Positions 1 to 9,969 of a DNA stretch of 64,000 nucleotides are shown piece by piece. A model generated the notes under the pieces. That model did not search any database, had not been told where the DNA came from, and saw only the letters and a list, made by a program, of their open reading frames with translations. Both the position numbers and the translations under genes were made by a program. Numbering within the stretch: the stretch's first letter is position 1; every line of letters begins with the position of its first letter. Source of the DNA: a bacterium (GTDB lineage Bacteria > Hinthialibacterota > Hinthialibacteria > Hinthialibacterales > Hinthialibacteraceae); assembly GCA_963663405.2 (NCBI GenBank), contig CAXXSM010000053.1, forward strand, positions 96,001 to 160,000, read 5' to 3'.

Positions 1-2
1 CG

Positions 3-395
3 GTCGAGTTCCGGGAATGGATCAAACCCGAAGAGATGCCCAACCTCTTGCGCAGCGTGGATATTGGCCTCTTGCCAGTAGAGGGGGATGATGAATGGTT
101 GCGCTCGAAAAGCCCGACAAAGCTGTTTGAATATCTCGCGTCGGGTTTGCCGGTCGTCGCGACAGCTGTGGGAGAGGTTTCGCATGTGATCGACCATCTC
201 GAATCCGGTTATTTGGCGCGCGAAGAAAAAGAATTTGGGGAAGGCATGCTTCGCCTGGCCCGGAATCCCTCCATGCGTGAACAAATGGGTGAACAGGCGC
301 GTCAATTGGCGGTCGATCAATATTCGCTCCCCGTCTTGGGAGAACGTCTTTATCTATTCCTCAAAGAACTCTTCGGTGAACCGGTTGCAAAATAA
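3..395 (+). CDS. Glycosyltransferase family 4 (GT-B) protein, C-terminal part (5' end outside window)
   Basis: Frame is open to the left edge; KSPTKLFEYLASGLPVVATAVG is the GT4 E-x7-E/G-x-P-V-V motif. Confidence 0.85.
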   Translation, partial: VEFREWIKPEEMPNLLRSVDIGLLPVEGDDEWLRSKSPTKLFEYLASGLPVVATAVGEVSHVIDHLESGYLAREEKEFGEGMLRLARNPSMREQMGEQARQLAVDQYSLPVLGERLYLFLKELFGEPVAK

Positions 396-608
396 TGATA
401 TACTGTCACCCGAAGATATTGTGGTTACATTCGTATCTACAATGAATTATGCGTTGCGTTTCATCATACGGGAACTTGATTCCCCATTTTCATTTACAGA
501 TGTGATCTCAAATCATAATGGTTCATATTTATCATAGTATTTCAATATTGTTCTCTGCTGATCCGTCTCTATCTATAAAGAATAGGAGACCGATCCGGGA
601 GGAAATCC

Positions 609-2657
609 ATGATGATCAATCTTTTTTCTAAACCAATTCAAAACAAACCGATCTGCTTCCTGTTTTGTGTGGGAATGCTTTGTATCGTCTTTTTCGCATC
701 CGGTTGCCGGTCCACGCAGACCGTGGAACGCCCTGCGCCCCAGGTATTCGAATCGGAACCTACGCCGGAAACCCGACCGATTGAAACCAATACGATTACG
801 AAAACACCCTTTCCAACCAATTCGATTAAAGTACAGGACGTGTCTTCTATCTCGTCTATTCAGCAAAGAATACCGGATGTGGAATTGGGTTGGATTGTAA
901 CCCGTCCAGACAGGGAAGGCGCGCTGAGAGTTTTAACCAGGGCGGTTGATTATCAAGTCACCCATATCCAAGCCGGTGGAGAGATTTTTTCTTCTGTGGA
1001 CGAATTGATCCTTGATCCAAAGAAACAGGAATTTGTTCGCTTTCTCGCGCAACGGGCCAAAGCGCTTGGATTATCCTTTTACGCGCAGGCCCACGAATTG
1101 AACCTGGAAGGAACGAACTTTCCGTTTCATTGGTCCGCCCCGTTAGTCGCCGCGCGTCAGGCGGCGTATCGCACGGCGCTGAATATCATCCCGGAAATTG
1201 ACGGCGTCGTGTTGATCTTGAAAGGAAGTCTTTTAGAGCCTTGGAACGCCGGTATCCCCGATGGACAGCCATTCCTTTCTGAAATTGAACGGATCGAATT
1301 CGTGATTGAAATGGTCCGCGCCGAAGTCGTCGATCGAATGGGAAAACGCCTTCTGCTCCGCGCCGTAGATACTACACCCCAGCAAACATCATGGATCGCG
1401 GAAGCGTTGAAACGGATTCCCGATCGAGATGTTACTGTGATTGCGCGCGCTTCCATGAGTGATCCAACAGCGCCCAACGTTTCCCCTGTCATGACCGGCG
1501 CCAAATCACGGTTGCTTGAATTTAAACTGACAGGCGCGGGGGAATTGGGAGCCGGTTATACACCCGAAACCATCGCCCAAACGTGGCGCAACAATCAAAC
1601 TCTCCAAACACGCGGCGCCGTGACGGAGATGGATGGAGCGTCGTTCCTCGGAGACGATCCACTTGGAGCCGTCAATCAGTTTGCTCTTTCTAAAATTATA
1701 TTTGAAGAGGGGGGGCCCGATTGGATCTGGGAGGAGTGGATCCAAAAGCAATTCGGTATGATGCCCTCTACTTCGGATGGATATCGATTGAAACGTTTGC
1801 TTCAGAATACCGCCCAATACGCCCGAAACCTCACTCTTGTCAAAGGAATCCGTGTGTTTGACACGGATGGAATACAAGTGGCTGATGGAATACAAGTGGC
1901 TGAAAACAGCGGCGCCTCTAGTGATTTACAACCGGTATACCAATATATTCGCGATGAATTGAACGCTCCCAGCAAACAAACCTTAATCGATCTCGCCCAA
2001 GAATCCTATGAAGCGCGCGAGGCGATCGATCGAGCGTGGAAAGACTTATACGAAATGCGTCAAATCCTGCCGCCTCCCGCGTATTCGGGATTCCAACGCT
2101 GGCTTGAAGAGTTGAAACTCGCGGCGGACGCGTATTTTTATGTCAAACAGTGCATGTGGGGTTTCATGCTATGGCGGCGAACGGGCGCCGATGAGGAAGC
2201 GCTGTTCTTGGAAGCGCATCTGCAGCGTTTAGAGCATATCGCAAACAGTCTTCACGAGCGGGATGGAAATCGGTCCGGTTCCTTACGCGCGGAAGATATC
2301 AGCGCGTTGATCGCTAATGTGCGCCGGGAATTTCCGAGAGTCCTTCTCGGAGCGCGGGAACGGGATTGGAACCGGTTGAAAAACATCACGGCCCGGCAAG
2401 CTGGTGAAACGCGGGTGGAGATCCGCTGGGAAAGTGAAAAGCCATCCACCTCACGCGCGTTCGCTTCACTGCGGGGACCCGTCTTCGATATCATTCGTCA
2501 GGGGGAAAGATTCCCAAACACACAACATCGAGTCATCCTAGATGGCTTACAACCCGGCGCCGCCTATCTCTTTAAAGTCCAATGTGTTGCGGAAAATGGG
2601 GAAACAACCAATTCCGGCGCTTTTGTCTTTCAATTGGAACCGGGAACACCAATCTGA
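609..2657 (+). CDS. Putative lipoprotein with a glycoside-hydrolase-like core and a C-terminal FN3/purple-acid-phosphatase-N-like domain
   Basis: 682-aa ORF; hydrophobic N-terminus with lipobox-like FASGC; Pro/Thr linker; C-terminal IRWESEKPSTS...HRVILDGLQPGAAYLFKV is an FN3 pattern; GGAGG RBS upstream. Confidence 0.6.
   Translation: MMINLFSKPIQNKPICFLFCVGMLCIVFFASGCRSTQTVERPAPQVFESEPTPETRPIETNTITKTPFPTNSIKVQDVSSISSIQQRIPDVELGWIVTRPDREGALRVLTRAVDYQVTHIQAGGEIFSSVDELILDPKKQEFVRFLAQRAKALGLSFYAQAHELNLEGTNFPFHWSAPLVAARQAAYRTALNIIPEIDGVVLILKGSLLEPWNAGIPDGQPFLSEIERIEFVIEMVRAEVVDRMGKRLLLRAVDTTPQQTSWIAEALKRIPDRDVTVIARASMSDPTAPNVSPVMTGAKSRLLEFKLTGAGELGAGYTPETIAQTWRNNQTLQTRGAVTEMDGASFLGDDPLGAVNQFALSKIIFEEGGPDWIWEEWIQKQFGMMPSTSDGYRLKRLLQNTAQYARNLTLVKGIRVFDTDGIQVADGIQVAENSGASSDLQPVYQYIRDELNAPSKQTLIDLAQESYEAREAIDRAWKDLYEMRQILPPPAYSGFQRWLEELKLAADAYFYVKQCMWGFMLWRRTGADEEALFLEAHLQRLEHIANSLHERDGNRSGSLRAEDISALIANVRREFPRVLLGARERDWNRLKNITARQAGETRVEIRWESEKPSTSRAFASLRGPVFDIIRQGERFPNTQHRVILDGLQPGAAYLFKVQCVAENGETTNSGAFVFQLEPGTPI
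1866..1901 (+). repeat. Perfect in-frame 18-bp tandem duplication (DGIQVA x2)
   Basis: gatggaatacaagtggct occurs at 1866-1883 and 1884-1901. Confidence 0.95.
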
Positions 2658-2799
2658 GTTTGTGGGGCTAGACAAAGCCGAATGATGTTATTATTTTATT
2701 GACTTTATAGTAATTTTTGTTTTGAATGTTTCTTATCTAGAAACAAGTTTTCCAATATTTGATAGGGGAAGTACTAATTCCTTGTGGGAGGTTATTATA

Positions 2800-3468
2800 A
2801 TGAAAAAAGGTTTTACCTTAATCGAACTATTGATTGTTGTCGCCATTATCGGTATTTTGGCGGCGATCGCCGTGCCGAATTTTCTGAATGCGCAAATTCG
2901 GGCCAAGATCGCACGGTGTTTGGCGGATATGAAATCCATGAATACCGCTGTTTCAGAACTGCAATTGGATACTAACCATCTTCCAATAGATGGGTGGGAT
3001 GACGATAATGAATCTGGGCGGAAAATCCTTAGGGAGATTTTCAATGGCGTAGGTGATTTTCCCGAGGCGGAGCGAAAAACGTCACATTATCTGGCGGTTT
3101 TGACCAGCCCGGTTTCTTACATGTCTTCCGTGCCGATTGATCCATTTATCAGTCAGGCAAAAATGGAAAGTGAATATGGTTTCGGCAGTCCTTACGATAC
3201 CTATATTTACGCAGACGTCGATCCACATATCACAGAAGATCCGCGCAATCAAGGCATTCAATGCCTCAATCCAGGGACGCTGGCCGAGCTATACCATGTA
3301 AGGCCTCTTCGCGTGAATGAATGGGCTTTCATTGGGGTGGGACCGGATGGCTCGGCGGGTATTGGAACTGGAACGGCGGACTCCCGCGGATTCCCGTACA
3401 ATTCTTCCAATGGTCTCGTCAGTTTGGGTGACATTGTTCTCACCAGTGGAGGTGTTGTAGGGAACTAA
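2800..3468 (+). CDS. Prepilin-type N-terminal cleavage/methylation domain protein (pseudopilin-like)
   Basis: MKKG^FTLIELLIVVAIIGILAAIAVP class III signal; GGGAGG RBS before ATG 2800. Confidence 0.9.
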   Translation: MKKGFTLIELLIVVAIIGILAAIAVPNFLNAQIRAKIARCLADMKSMNTAVSELQLDTNHLPIDGWDDDNESGRKILREIFNGVGDFPEAERKTSHYLAVLTSPVSYMSSVPIDPFISQAKMESEYGFGSPYDTYIYADVDPHITEDPRNQGIQCLNPGTLAELYHVRPLRVNEWAFIGVGPDGSAGIGTGTADSRGFPYNSSNGLVSLGDIVLTSGGVVGN

Positions 3469-3628
3469 AACGAGCTCGTTTTGTAAATCAAATCAGAATC
3501 AACATGTTTTGATTATTTCTATATATATGAAAATGAGTCTCTATAACTATCTCATTCGCAATCACTTCCGCGACTCATTTTAATTTGCCGATTGTGATTT
3601 CAATTATACAGGTTAATATAGATATAAC

Positions 3629-3657
3629 GAAAGAGACGCGCATTTCGCGTCTCTTTC
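3629..3657. terminator. Probable bidirectional rho-independent terminator
   Basis: gaaagagacgcg-cattt-cgcgtctctttc hairpin between convergent genes. Confidence 0.7.
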
Positions 3658-3697
3658 TTATTCAGTTCTCATGATTGTTTTAACTGATCATACATAA

Positions 3698-6463
3698 CTA
3701 TTGTTTCTTCAATAACTTCCCCAATCCTTTGGGTACGAGATCCAAAGGTGATTTGGGTTGCGTTTTTGCCGAAGTCGAGGATTGGACTTCCGGGGTCGCG
3801 CTGGCGCTTGTTTTATTTTTCCCCAAACCAGGAATCAGATTGTCTATTCCTTTCAATCCTGCTTTTTCTAATCCTGTATTGATTAAAGTGGATTGAAGAG
3901 CGGACGTCAGCGCTTTTTGATCCGGCAGCACTCGCACCGATGACAAAGCGCCTCTCCAGGAGAGTGGTATCGCGACTTGGCCTTGATCATTCGTTAGGTA
4001 ACGGAATTCCTTCACCCGCTGAATCAAGTCAGTGGACATCGTCTTCGATAGATTAAACACACCGCTTCCGGTGAGTTCCTGTTTGGCCGAGATCAGCCCA
4101 TCCCCATTCAACGCCCAATCCGCCGCGGTGAGAAGTAATTCGGTAAGTTGTATGTCGCCTTGCTTGATATTAAGACTCGCTTTGAAGAGATCGAATGCGG
4201 TTTGTTCTGAGGCGAAAACAGTTGGATATTGCTTCTCAAGATCCGCTGTGAGGAAGTTGGAAAGCATAGGAAGTTGGACGATACTCTTCATCGTCTCACT
4301 GGCGACATTGGTGTCTAACATCACACCGTCCAGAATCTCGGCTTTCGCCATCCCCGCCAACGTTTTTTGAATCGATTCCCATTCCGATCCCGCGCCGCTG
4401 ATATTTCCATCAAAGTTCAAATGGCCCTTCATTTCCTTTGGGATAAAAGAGAACTGCGTTCGCAGCAGGGCGGCTAGATCGATATTCTTGACCTGGGTGG
4501 AGACATCAAACTTGGGTGTTTCCGGTTCCTGTAAATTATAAGTCAACGTCCCTTCTATCGTTCCATCCATCGTTTGCAGAGCGAGATCGCGCACGTTCAA
4601 GATTTGATCGGCGAACTCGTACGTGGCTTTCAAATCGGTATAGGCCGCGTTGTGCAAAACGCCTTTTTTTGATGCGATCGTCCCTTTCGATGTGATGGAT
4701 TCTTTCACAAGCGCGAAATTCCCTTGGCATTGAAAATCGTTCAATGCGCCAGGATCGGCGGCGTCTTCACCCGCGTCATACAGATCCTTTAGATGCAGCG
4801 TGGAGGATTGAACAGTAAACACGCCATTCAAGGGATCCAATTTTCTGACCTGCGCGGTCAGATTCACTTTCGATTGCCCCAACGACAGAGACGCCTCTTT
4901 CATGGAAACTGTATTTAGCGTGAAATCCACGTTCCCCGTCAAATCCGTAATGGGGGAAGGCAGTTGAGGCGCTTCCGCGCGCACTTTGTTAAACACAAGC
5001 GCGCCCGTGACGGTGAGTGGTTTCGCTCCTTGTTGGATTTGCGCTGTAAGAGAAACTGGTCCCGATGGTTTGTAGGTCTTTAAGAGAGGAACAAGTTCCG
5101 GAATCGAAGATGTCTCAATCGCTGGAGATTCGAGAGATAGGTTCATCGAAAACGCTTTCTCAAATCCAATGTCTCCCTTACCCTTTAGCGCCAAATCGTG
5201 GACTTTCAAATCCACGTTCTCGATAGCCAGTTTATTTTCAGTTAGATTGGAATTCATCTTAATGGTCAGGGGCATTCCCGCAGGTTTTTGGAAGAGATCC
5301 TTCATCTCCAACGATGTATCCTTGCCATCCAACTCCCCAGTTACCTGAATCTTTCCAAGAGTTCCCTCGGCGCTAATGACTCCACTAAGAGATCCACCCG
5401 CCGAGAGATTCTCCGGAATAGAATCGCTGAGGAGTGGATTCTTTTTCAACGCCTCCAGTGGAATCGCCTTCAACGCCAATTTCAAATGAGCGCCGGTTTT
5501 ACTCCAATCCGCTCCTACCGGTCCCACATCTCCCGTGATGGTGATATTAGGAGTTTTCGATTGAAAGAAATTTCCACTGACCTCAATTGTAGGCAGGGTC
5601 AATTCCATAGAATTTCCAGAAAAAGCGGCGTTGAATTTCGCTGTTTCAGGCAGGGGAATCCCTTCAGGAAGCGCCGTTTTGATGAATGGGAAGGCAGCCG
5701 TTATCTTTCCAACAGAGAGTGGATCAATCGTGATCTCTCCATCCAGTGGGATCGGACCGGTATCCGTCAATGGGCCGATTTTCCCTTCCATCGATATGTT
5801 TTGCCGTTCAGATAACACCGCGCACGAAACTTGGATTGTGAAAGGCCGGTCCGGCTGGAAATCTTTGATATTCAGGTCGGCTTGTTCGATATCCAATTTG
5901 CCATTGTCTTTAAGATCGCGAACGTGTAACGCGCCATTCTTGACCCGGAAGAGAGAAAGAGAAAGCGATTGACTGCTTTTCGAAGAGGAGACGTCTTTAT
6001 TGTCTCCTTCGGCAGGCGCCGCGCCCTCGTCCTTCTCCCCGGATAGGGATTCTCCTAATGCGATCAGATTCCAATTCCCCTCCTGATTACGAACTATATT
6101 GATTACCGGTTCGTTCAAGATTAATTGTGAAATCTCTATCTGTTTCCGAAGCAAAGGCCATAATTTCAAGTGAACAAGCAGTTCTTTCGCTTCAAGCAGA
6201 TTCTCTTTGGAGAATTGAGGATCGTCCGCCACGGAGACCTTGGTGAGCTGCACGCCGATTCCACCGAGGAAATTCACATCCAATTCTTCGGCGGCCACCT
6301 CACGCCCCACCGCTGTCTCCACCTGCGCGAGGATCAAGTCTTTGTTGGCTTTGATAATGCTTCCGAGATTAAAATACACAATAGCGAGTGTGACGCCAAA
6401 GAGAGCCGCCACGATATAAATTATGATTCGGGTACGTTTTCCAAAGAATTTGAATTTCATCAT
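3698..6463 (-). CDS. AsmA family protein (AsmA N- and C-terminal regions)
   Basis: 921 aa; single N-terminal TM; LWPLL..IEISQLILNEPVINIVRN..G.WN is the AsmA N-terminal signature; beta-rich repeats; AsmA_2-like C-terminus. Confidence 0.85.
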   Translation of the reverse strand: MMKFKFFGKRTRIIIYIVAALFGVTLAIVYFNLGSIIKANKDLILAQVETAVGREVAAEELDVNFLGGIGVQLTKVSVADDPQFSKENLLEAKELLVHLKLWPLLRKQIEISQLILNEPVINIVRNQEGNWNLIALGESLSGEKDEGAAPAEGDNKDVSSSKSSQSLSLSLFRVKNGALHVRDLKDNGKLDIEQADLNIKDFQPDRPFTIQVSCAVLSERQNISMEGKIGPLTDTGPIPLDGEITIDPLSVGKITAAFPFIKTALPEGIPLPETAKFNAAFSGNSMELTLPTIEVSGNFFQSKTPNITITGDVGPVGADWSKTGAHLKLALKAIPLEALKKNPLLSDSIPENLSAGGSLSGVISAEGTLGKIQVTGELDGKDTSLEMKDLFQKPAGMPLTIKMNSNLTENKLAIENVDLKVHDLALKGKGDIGFEKAFSMNLSLESPAIETSSIPELVPLLKTYKPSGPVSLTAQIQQGAKPLTVTGALVFNKVRAEAPQLPSPITDLTGNVDFTLNTVSMKEASLSLGQSKVNLTAQVRKLDPLNGVFTVQSSTLHLKDLYDAGEDAADPGALNDFQCQGNFALVKESITSKGTIASKKGVLHNAAYTDLKATYEFADQILNVRDLALQTMDGTIEGTLTYNLQEPETPKFDVSTQVKNIDLAALLRTQFSFIPKEMKGHLNFDGNISGAGSEWESIQKTLAGMAKAEILDGVMLDTNVASETMKSIVQLPMLSNFLTADLEKQYPTVFASEQTAFDLFKASLNIKQGDIQLTELLLTAADWALNGDGLISAKQELTGSGVFNLSKTMSTDLIQRVKEFRYLTNDQGQVAIPLSWRGALSSVRVLPDQKALTSALQSTLINTGLEKAGLKGIDNLIPGLGKNKTSASATPEVQSSTSAKTQPKSPLDLVPKGLGKLLKKQ

Positions 6464-6598
6464 CCGCTCCTGAATGCTTGAATGACTTCTGAATGCTGCA
6501 ACTACTAATTATAAGTGTTCGGCGCGTGAATAAAAGAAATATTTTTTCATGGGGAACCGCTTCTGGTTGATAAGGGGGTATTTGAATAGGGGAAGAAT

Positions 6599-6618
6599 TG
6601 CTATAATGGCGCCATTAT
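6599..6618 (+). promoter_or_regulatory. Extended -10 (TGcTATAAT) overlapped by a 16-bp palindrome, upstream of aroE
   Basis: TGCTATAAT at 6599-6607; ataatggcgccattat at 6603-6618 is a perfect palindrome covering the ATG; no SD visible. Confidence 0.45.
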
Positions 6619-7486
6619 GACGATACAGATACACGGCACGACAACCATTTGCGCGGTGATCGGCGATCCGGTCGCCCATTCTCTTTCTCCCTGCATGCAC
6701 AACGCGGCGTTCCAAGATAAAGGACTGGATTACGCCTACGTCGCGTTTCATGTCAAAGATGTCAAAAAAGCCGCCGCAGGAATGCTGGGCTTTCAAAACC
6801 TTAAGGGCCTATCCGTCACGATTCCCCATAAAGTGGAAATCATGAATTATCTGGATGAAATCAGCCCCCTCGCGGAAAAAATCGGCGCGGTCAACACGGT
6901 TACGAAAGAAGACGGCCGGCTCATCGGGACCAACACGGACGCCTACGGCGCGTTGCAGGCGATTGAAAGCGTCGACACAATCGATGGAAAAACCTGTGTG
7001 ATCTTAGGCGTCGGTGGCGCGGCCCGCGCGGTCGCGTTCGCTTTGGCTTGCGAGCGGAAACCGGCGGAGATCGTTTTCCTCTATCGCGCCGAAGATGAAG
7101 AGATGGCCCGTTCTCTTCTCGCGGATATGCAGCCACATACCCAGGTTCCCATTCATCGTAAAGTCATGAATGATGCAGCCCTGCAATCCACGATTCCAAA
7201 TTCCGAGATCGTGATCCATACAACACCGATCGGAATGCATCCGGATGTGGACGCCTGTCTCGTTCCGGAAAACTTGTTTTCGGAGCGGCATCTGGTTTTT
7301 GATATTATTTACAATCCAGGGAAAACCTTGTTGTTGCGGCGCGCGGAAAACCAAGGCGCCCGGATCATCAATGGGATTCCAATGTTCGTCTATCAAGGGG
7401 CGGAACAGTTCCGTATCTGGACGGGAGTGGAACCGCCCGCCGCTGTCATGGAAAAAGCCGTCAAGGACGCATTAGGACGCTCATGA
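6617..7486 (+). CDS. aroE: Shikimate dehydrogenase
   Basis: GDPVAHSLSP, SVTIPHK, GAVNT, NTD, GVGGAARA, DIIYNP and QGAEQF motifs. Confidence 0.95.
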   Translation: MTIQIHGTTTICAVIGDPVAHSLSPCMHNAAFQDKGLDYAYVAFHVKDVKKAAAGMLGFQNLKGLSVTIPHKVEIMNYLDEISPLAEKIGAVNTVTKEDGRLIGTNTDAYGALQAIESVDTIDGKTCVILGVGGAARAVAFALACERKPAEIVFLYRAEDEEMARSLLADMQPHTQVPIHRKVMNDAALQSTIPNSEIVIHTTPIGMHPDVDACLVPENLFSERHLVFDIIYNPGKTLLLRRAENQGARIINGIPMFVYQGAEQFRIWTGVEPPAAVMEKAVKDALGRS

Positions 7487-8001
7487 ATTTAGTGTTAATT
7501 GGCTATCGGGGCACGGGAAAAACAACACTCGCTGATCTTCTTCACGAACGCTTGAACCGTCCCGTTTACTTTATGGATGAAATGCTGGAAACACGGTTCG
7601 AAGAGAAAATCGCTTCGTTCGTCAAAAAGCATGGCTGGGATTCCTTCCGGGAAGAAGAACAACTTCTGACGGAAGAACTCTCGGAGATGGACGATGTAAT
7701 TATTGATTGCGGCGGGGGCATCGTTACGCGGGATATCAATATCAAGAATCTCAAGAAAAATGGCTTTCTCGTCTGGCTCCAAACGGCGCCGGAACTGATC
7801 GCGAAACGAATCGGCCATGATAAAAACCGCCCATCTCTGACTGGAACGAAATCCCATATCGAAGAGATCATGGATGTGCTTGCGGAACGGGAACCACTCT
7901 ATGATAATGCGGCGGATTTCACGGTTCGTACAGACACACAATCTCTTGAAGATTGCGTTGAGATCATTATCGAAGAGTGGAATAAACAGAACCAGCCGTA
8001 A
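7483..8001 (+). CDS. aroK: Shikimate kinase
   Basis: LIGYRGTGKTT P-loop, GWDSFREEE, CGGG, RPSL, REPLY; ATGA overlap with aroE. Confidence 0.93.
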   Translation: MNLVLIGYRGTGKTTLADLLHERLNRPVYFMDEMLETRFEEKIASFVKKHGWDSFREEEQLLTEELSEMDDVIIDCGGGIVTRDINIKNLKKNGFLVWLQTAPELIAKRIGHDKNRPSLTGTKSHIEEIMDVLAEREPLYDNAADFTVRTDTQSLEDCVEIIIEEWNKQNQP

Positions 8002-8092
8002 CGCTCAATTCGGCGCAAGGTAAGATTAATATTTAAATTGGTTAGAAGGCGCCGCTCGATTGAGTTTTTATTGTAGTGGAGAAAGAGAAAAA

Positions 8093-8404
8093 TTAGATTT
8101 TTCTGGCTCGCGCGGGGATTCCATAAAACGAGTCGATATCGGTTGAGGCGGGTCTTTTCATGCGGGAGGGAATATCTTGATCTATTACTTCATCTTTTTC
8201 TTCTGGATGCATGATTTTCATCGCATATTCCTGACCGATCAAAAATTCCTCTGGAATGTCAACCAATCCAAGTTTTTTTGGATTCTCTCCGATTAACTGG
8301 CAGATGAATCCTTCTACCCACGCGGATCCGTAATACGCGGAGTAATATAACGCCTGCCGGAGTTGATTGGTCGTCAAATGAATTTCACCAACATTTTTTC
8401 CCAT
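8093..8404 (-). CDS. Small hypothetical protein
   Basis: ORF with GGGAGG RBS before ATG 8404; no recognisable family. Confidence 0.55.
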   Translation of the reverse strand: MGKNVGEIHLTTNQLRQALYYSAYYGSAWVEGFICQLIGENPKKLGLVDIPEEFLIGQEYAMKIMHPEEKDEVIDQDIPSRMKRPASTDIDSFYGIPARARKI

Positions 8405-8667
8405 GAAACGCCTCCCAAGAATCAATCTAGCATACAAGCAACGAGACGGCGGTAAGTTGTAATAATATTGTACTCATTATTTAACTGATGTTAATAGAAA
8501 ACGTCTTAATAAATAGATATTGAGTTTAGCATGTAATATTTTTTTACCGTCGTATCTTTCAGTAAAATCGGCTGCGTCCGGATAATATCCGGAGGATTAA
8601 AGTATTAATCAATACCATAAGATTGTATTCATTTCTAGTGGTAGAGCAAGAATTAAGACCAATCGAT

Positions 8668-9360
8668 TCATGTTATGATATGGAAAATATGGACGAGACA
8701 ATAGTACACACCGATAAAGATAAAAAGCGCGCCGGTGGTCTGACGGGCCCACCATTCCACTTGCGTCAATCGATTATAGGCTTTGCTAAGTGAATGGGCG
8801 CTAAACGCGAGGATCACCGCGAAGGCGGTGACAGGCGCCGCTGTGCCTACGCCAAACAGCGCTGGAAAGATAACGCCGGATTGATATTGGACGCCCAAAG
8901 CGATCAAATTGGTAAAAAAGAGCGCGGCGGAAAGTGGACAGAACGACAAAGCGAATATCACACCCATCAATCCAGCGCCCCACAAACCCCATGAATCAGC
9001 TCGTTTCTCAATCCATTGACCAAGGCGGTTCGAACCGGAATTAAATTGAAGCAATTCCAATAAAATCATCCCTGCTAAAATCAACAACGGCCCCAGCAGT
9101 TTATTCATATATTTCTGTAGAAAAAAGGAGAGAGAGGGAATCGATAAAAGGCCATTGATGAGAAGCATTCCTAATGCTATATAGGTGACCGTTCTTCCTA
9201 TTGTATACAAGGCGCCGTATCCAATGGCGAGGCGAGGATTATTGACACGACGGCTGATGTATGTAATAGCTGCGATATTCGTGGCGAGTGGACAGGGCAT
9301 ACTGGAAGTCAGAATCCCCAACCATAAAGAGGTCATGGCGGCGAAAAACCAATCATCCAT
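8668..9360 (-). CDS. ArsG-family / CcdA(DsbD)-like membrane protein
   Basis: About 6 TM helices; PCPLATNIAAI and LSFCP cysteine motifs. Confidence 0.8.
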   Translation of the reverse strand: MDDWFFAAMTSLWLGILTSSMPCPLATNIAAITYISRRVNNPRLAIGYGALYTIGRTVTYIALGMLLINGLLSIPSLSFFLQKYMNKLLGPLLILAGMILLELLQFNSGSNRLGQWIEKRADSWGLWGAGLMGVIFALSFCPLSAALFFTNLIALGVQYQSGVIFPALFGVGTAAPVTAFAVILAFSAHSLSKAYNRLTQVEWWARQTTGALFIFIGVYYCLVHIFHIIT

Positions 9361-9419
9361 TCATTCTCTCCAGAAGGGGATATCACGCATGAGCGAAGAA
9401 TTCTCCCTTGACTTCGTTC

Positions 9420-9899
9420 TTACTCTACAAATACTGCAGCTTCCTTTTGTACATACGCGATGAATTCTTCTCTATCATTGACCAGATCCCATACTCGATC
9501 GAGATTCTTCCATTGTGTTTCCTTCCCATCTTGAATCTTGGATAGTACAACCGATTTGGTATGGAGCTGATAATCGTCAATAAAATGTTCGTTTTCAGTT
9601 TCATCCAGATTGACTGCTTTCCATTGCAGTTTTTTAGAATCATACGCGTCTTTAAATCCAGTTACGATCGCTTCATACGCGTAAGATTCAATCGTCCGGC
9701 ACGTCATGCAGCGTTCCGTTGTGTGAAAATAATAAGCGATTGAATGTGTGGATGGGATGGAATCCTGAAGCGCGGCGGCTTCTGGTTCCGCATTCTCCGC
9801 CGGGATGGGAGTGTCTCTCATCTCTGATACGATCATGTACGCGGCGCTGCCAACTACGAAGGCAAGAAGCAGAATTGTAATAACAGTTTTCGCATTCAT
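9420..9899 (-). CDS. ArsF-family thioredoxin-like exported protein
   Basis: N-terminal TM; YYFHTTERCMTCRTIE CxxC motif; adjacent to ArsG-like gene. Confidence 0.8.
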   Translation of the reverse strand: MNAKTVITILLLAFVVGSAAYMIVSEMRDTPIPAENAEPEAAALQDSIPSTHSIAYYFHTTERCMTCRTIESYAYEAIVTGFKDAYDSKKLQWKAVNLDETENEHFIDDYQLHTKSVVLSKIQDGKETQWKNLDRVWDLVNDREEFIAYVQKEAAVFVE

Positions 9900-9923
9900 T
9901 GTTCCTATCCTTTCCGAGGTATA

Positions 9924-9946
9924 CGGAACGCGAGTGTCGCGCCCGT
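9924..9946. repeat. Degenerate copy of REP-like family A
   Basis: cggaacgcgagtgtcgcgcccgt resembles tggagcgcgggYgtcccgcccgc at 20245 and 31040. Confidence 0.5.
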
Positions 9947-9969
9947 TTAATTTTCAATCTTCGTATTCA

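Noticed and set aside
8039-8050. tggttagaaggc, also found at 45198-45209
   Set aside because: A 12-bp match is expected by chance in 64 kb and the flanks do not align
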